Notes under the pieces: generated by a model | What the model saw: the letters and a program-made list of their open reading frames with translations, nothing else | The model's database searches: none | What the model was told of the DNA's origin: nothing | NCBI RefSeq assembly: GCF_004010195.1 | Contig: NC_057756.1 | Span: 9,334,585 to 9,370,980 of the forward strand | Reading direction: 5' to 3' | DNA: 36,396 nt | From: Chiloscyllium plagiosum | Lineage: Eukaryota | Shown here: positions 34,284 to 36,396 of the stretch, piece by piece | How positions within the stretch are numbered: the stretch's first letter is position 1 | Layout: each line of letters starts with the position of its first letter | Translations under genes and position numbers: made by a program

Positions 34284-36245
34284 GTGAGTGAGTCTGCCCA
34301 GGGTGGGGTTACGGGGGCGGTGTGGATGGAAGAGGGGGGCAAGGAGGGAGGTGAGGAAGGGGGAGATGAGATAGGGGAGGGGAGATGAGGTGGGGAGGGG
34401 AGGTGAGGAGNNNNNNNNNNNNNNNNNNNNNNNNNNNNNNNNNNNNNNNNNNNNNNNNNNNNNNNNNNNNNNNNNNNNNNNNNNNNNNNNNNNNNNNNNN
34501 NNNNNNNNNNNNNNNNNNNNNNNNNNNNNNNNNNNNNNNNNNNNNNNNNNNNNNNNNNNNNNNNNNNNNNNNNNNNNNNNNNNNNNNNNNNGAGTAGGGT
34601 GGGGGTGGAGTGGTGTATTGGGGAAGGGGGATAGACTGGAGAGAGGAAGAGGGTGTGGGCTGAGGAGGTGGGTGCAGAGTGAGGACGGGGTAGTGGGGTA
34701 AGCAGTGCAGGAGGGGAAGGACAGGCTGAACTGCCGAACACAATGGGAAGCCAATGAGAAAATGGCTTCTGGAGCTAGAGACATCTGAGAAATCTGGAGC
34801 AGGAAATGTTACACGAGACCATCAAGGGCATGGGATGTCCCAAGTTCTCATCTATTCCCGTGGTTTTCAGAGTGCTCCTGAACAGTTGAAATGAGGAATC
34901 TCTCCCTGGGAGTGAGAATACTCCTGGTGTCCCTGGGGGTCATTTTGCCCTCCGCATATCAGGAGGCCGATACTATCCTGAAAGGACTGCAGTGTAGGTC
35001 CATCGATGATCCAGGACTGTAAGAGTTAAATCGTACGGAGTGATCCCAAAAACTGGGCTTCGTAACCCCTGGAAAACTGAAGGTGAAAAGGGGAGTTGCT
35101 ATTTGATCGAGATTTTCAAAGTGCTCGATAGAGAGAAATATTTCCACTGTTTGGAAAATTTTGGGACCAGTGGTAGCATTTTAGAATCAGAGCATAACCT
35201 TTCTAGGAGTTGGGAGTGACAAGCATTTCCGTTTCAAGTGCTGGGGGAGAGTTAGCAAAATCCTCCCACAAACTTCAAGCGATGATAAATCCATCTGATT
35301 GATAAATTCTGGCTGGCCTGAGGTGTTAATTCATAAAAGGAAGGTGGTGGCATAATGTCACTTAATTAATGAATCTCTACAGGGTTTTAATCGATCCAAC
35401 CTCAGCTCCACTTCAGGACAGGTTAGACTTTCGAACTCAATGTAAATTCAATTGATGAGCAGAAACTGCGGTGTTTAAATTTAACTTCAGTGACAGTGAT
35501 GTTTGTTTGCAATGGCCTTTTGGGACAGAAATCCATCGCCCTCACCCAGTCTGACTTAAGCGTGACTCCAGACCCACAGAGTTTAGTTTAAGGGCAACTT
35601 GATGTGATTATGTCTGACGAAAAGATCAGGGGGTGGATATAGAGACAGTGCAAAAGTACATCTCAGGCGTTAAGTCAGATATTGGCTATGATCTAATTGA
35701 ATGGAAGGACAGGCTTGAGGAGCTGAATGGCCTCCCGCTCTTACTCAGCAGTCAAGAAATATATAAGGGCTTTAAATTCAGAGCTGTCCCTTAGAGGGAA
35801 GTGGTCGTGGGAGGTCTGCTGAGCACAAGTTCAGAATCAACTTATTTTAACTTAAGATGGAAAGTTGGCACATGTGAATTGGCATAGCGCCCTTTTGGCA
35901 CTCAGAGGCGTGAACAAACAAGTGCGGCTTTGACAGTGTTTATCTTTCACTTAGCTCACAACCCAACCACACAATTTCGCATTTACATAGCCCCCCTTAC
36001 CACAAGGCATCCCAAGCTGTAAGGGAGGAAAATGGTGGGTGAGCGAGTCGGGGGGGGATTGGTGACAGTGTCACACAGCACAACAGACGGTATTCTCAAA
36101 GGGAAGGTGGGACTCTGTTTCCACAAGGATTGTGTGGTGGTCACTCTTACTGACACTGTCACGCTCACATACACCTGAGGCAGGAGGATTGGGGAAGATC
36201 AAGCACATTGTCTGCACAGTGTCAGGCAGTGTCAGGCAGGACTGC

Positions 36246-36396
36246 CCTGGGAGTGTTTGATGGGGGACAGTGTAGAGGGAGCTTTACTCTGTATCTAACC
36301 CCGTGCTGACCCTGTCCTGGGAGTGTTTGATGGGGGACAGTGTAGAGGGAGCTTTACTCTATATCTAACCCCGTGCTGTCTCTGTCCTGGGAGGGT
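36246..36396. repeat. 70-bp tandem satellite running off the window end
   Basis: Unit starts cctgggagtgtttgatgggggacagtgtagagggagc at 36246 and 36316; a third copy begins (cctgggag) at 36386. Confidence 0.92.

Noticed and set aside
35886..35900. CTCF-like gcgcccttttggc
   Set aside because: Two bases too short for the core spacing.

Overview
Eukaryotic, repeat-dominated, gapped genomic DNA. The repeat inventory (CR1 LINEs, HE1-type V-SINE tail, Deu-domain SINEs, 33-bp and 70-bp satellites) points to a cartilaginous fish, most likely a carpet/bamboo shark; this is an inference. Three host exons are recognisable. (1) A 168-nt two-LRR exon of an NLR-type gene at 50-217 (+). (2) The first coding exon of XRCC1 at 6790-6840 (-), inside a CpG-island promoter. 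(3) A 173-nt Ig3 exon of a CADM-family gene, most like CADM4, at 34111-34283 (+). The rest is decayed CR1/L2 LINEs, SINEs, a solo LTR, tandem repeats and many Penelope-like element (PLE) fragments. The most notable hidden structure is about 11 copies of an ultra-minimal type-I hammerhead ribozyme motif, from at least three PLE lineages, with covarying stems. They sit on short, often TSD-flanked, often fold-back insertions. Hammerheads in PLEs are known in general, so novelty is limited to this variant. No intact mobile-element ORF, CRISPR or prokaryotic system is present. Most long ORFs in the track are artefacts of N-gaps or tandem repeats. Repeat boundaries are approximate unless a TSD is quoted.
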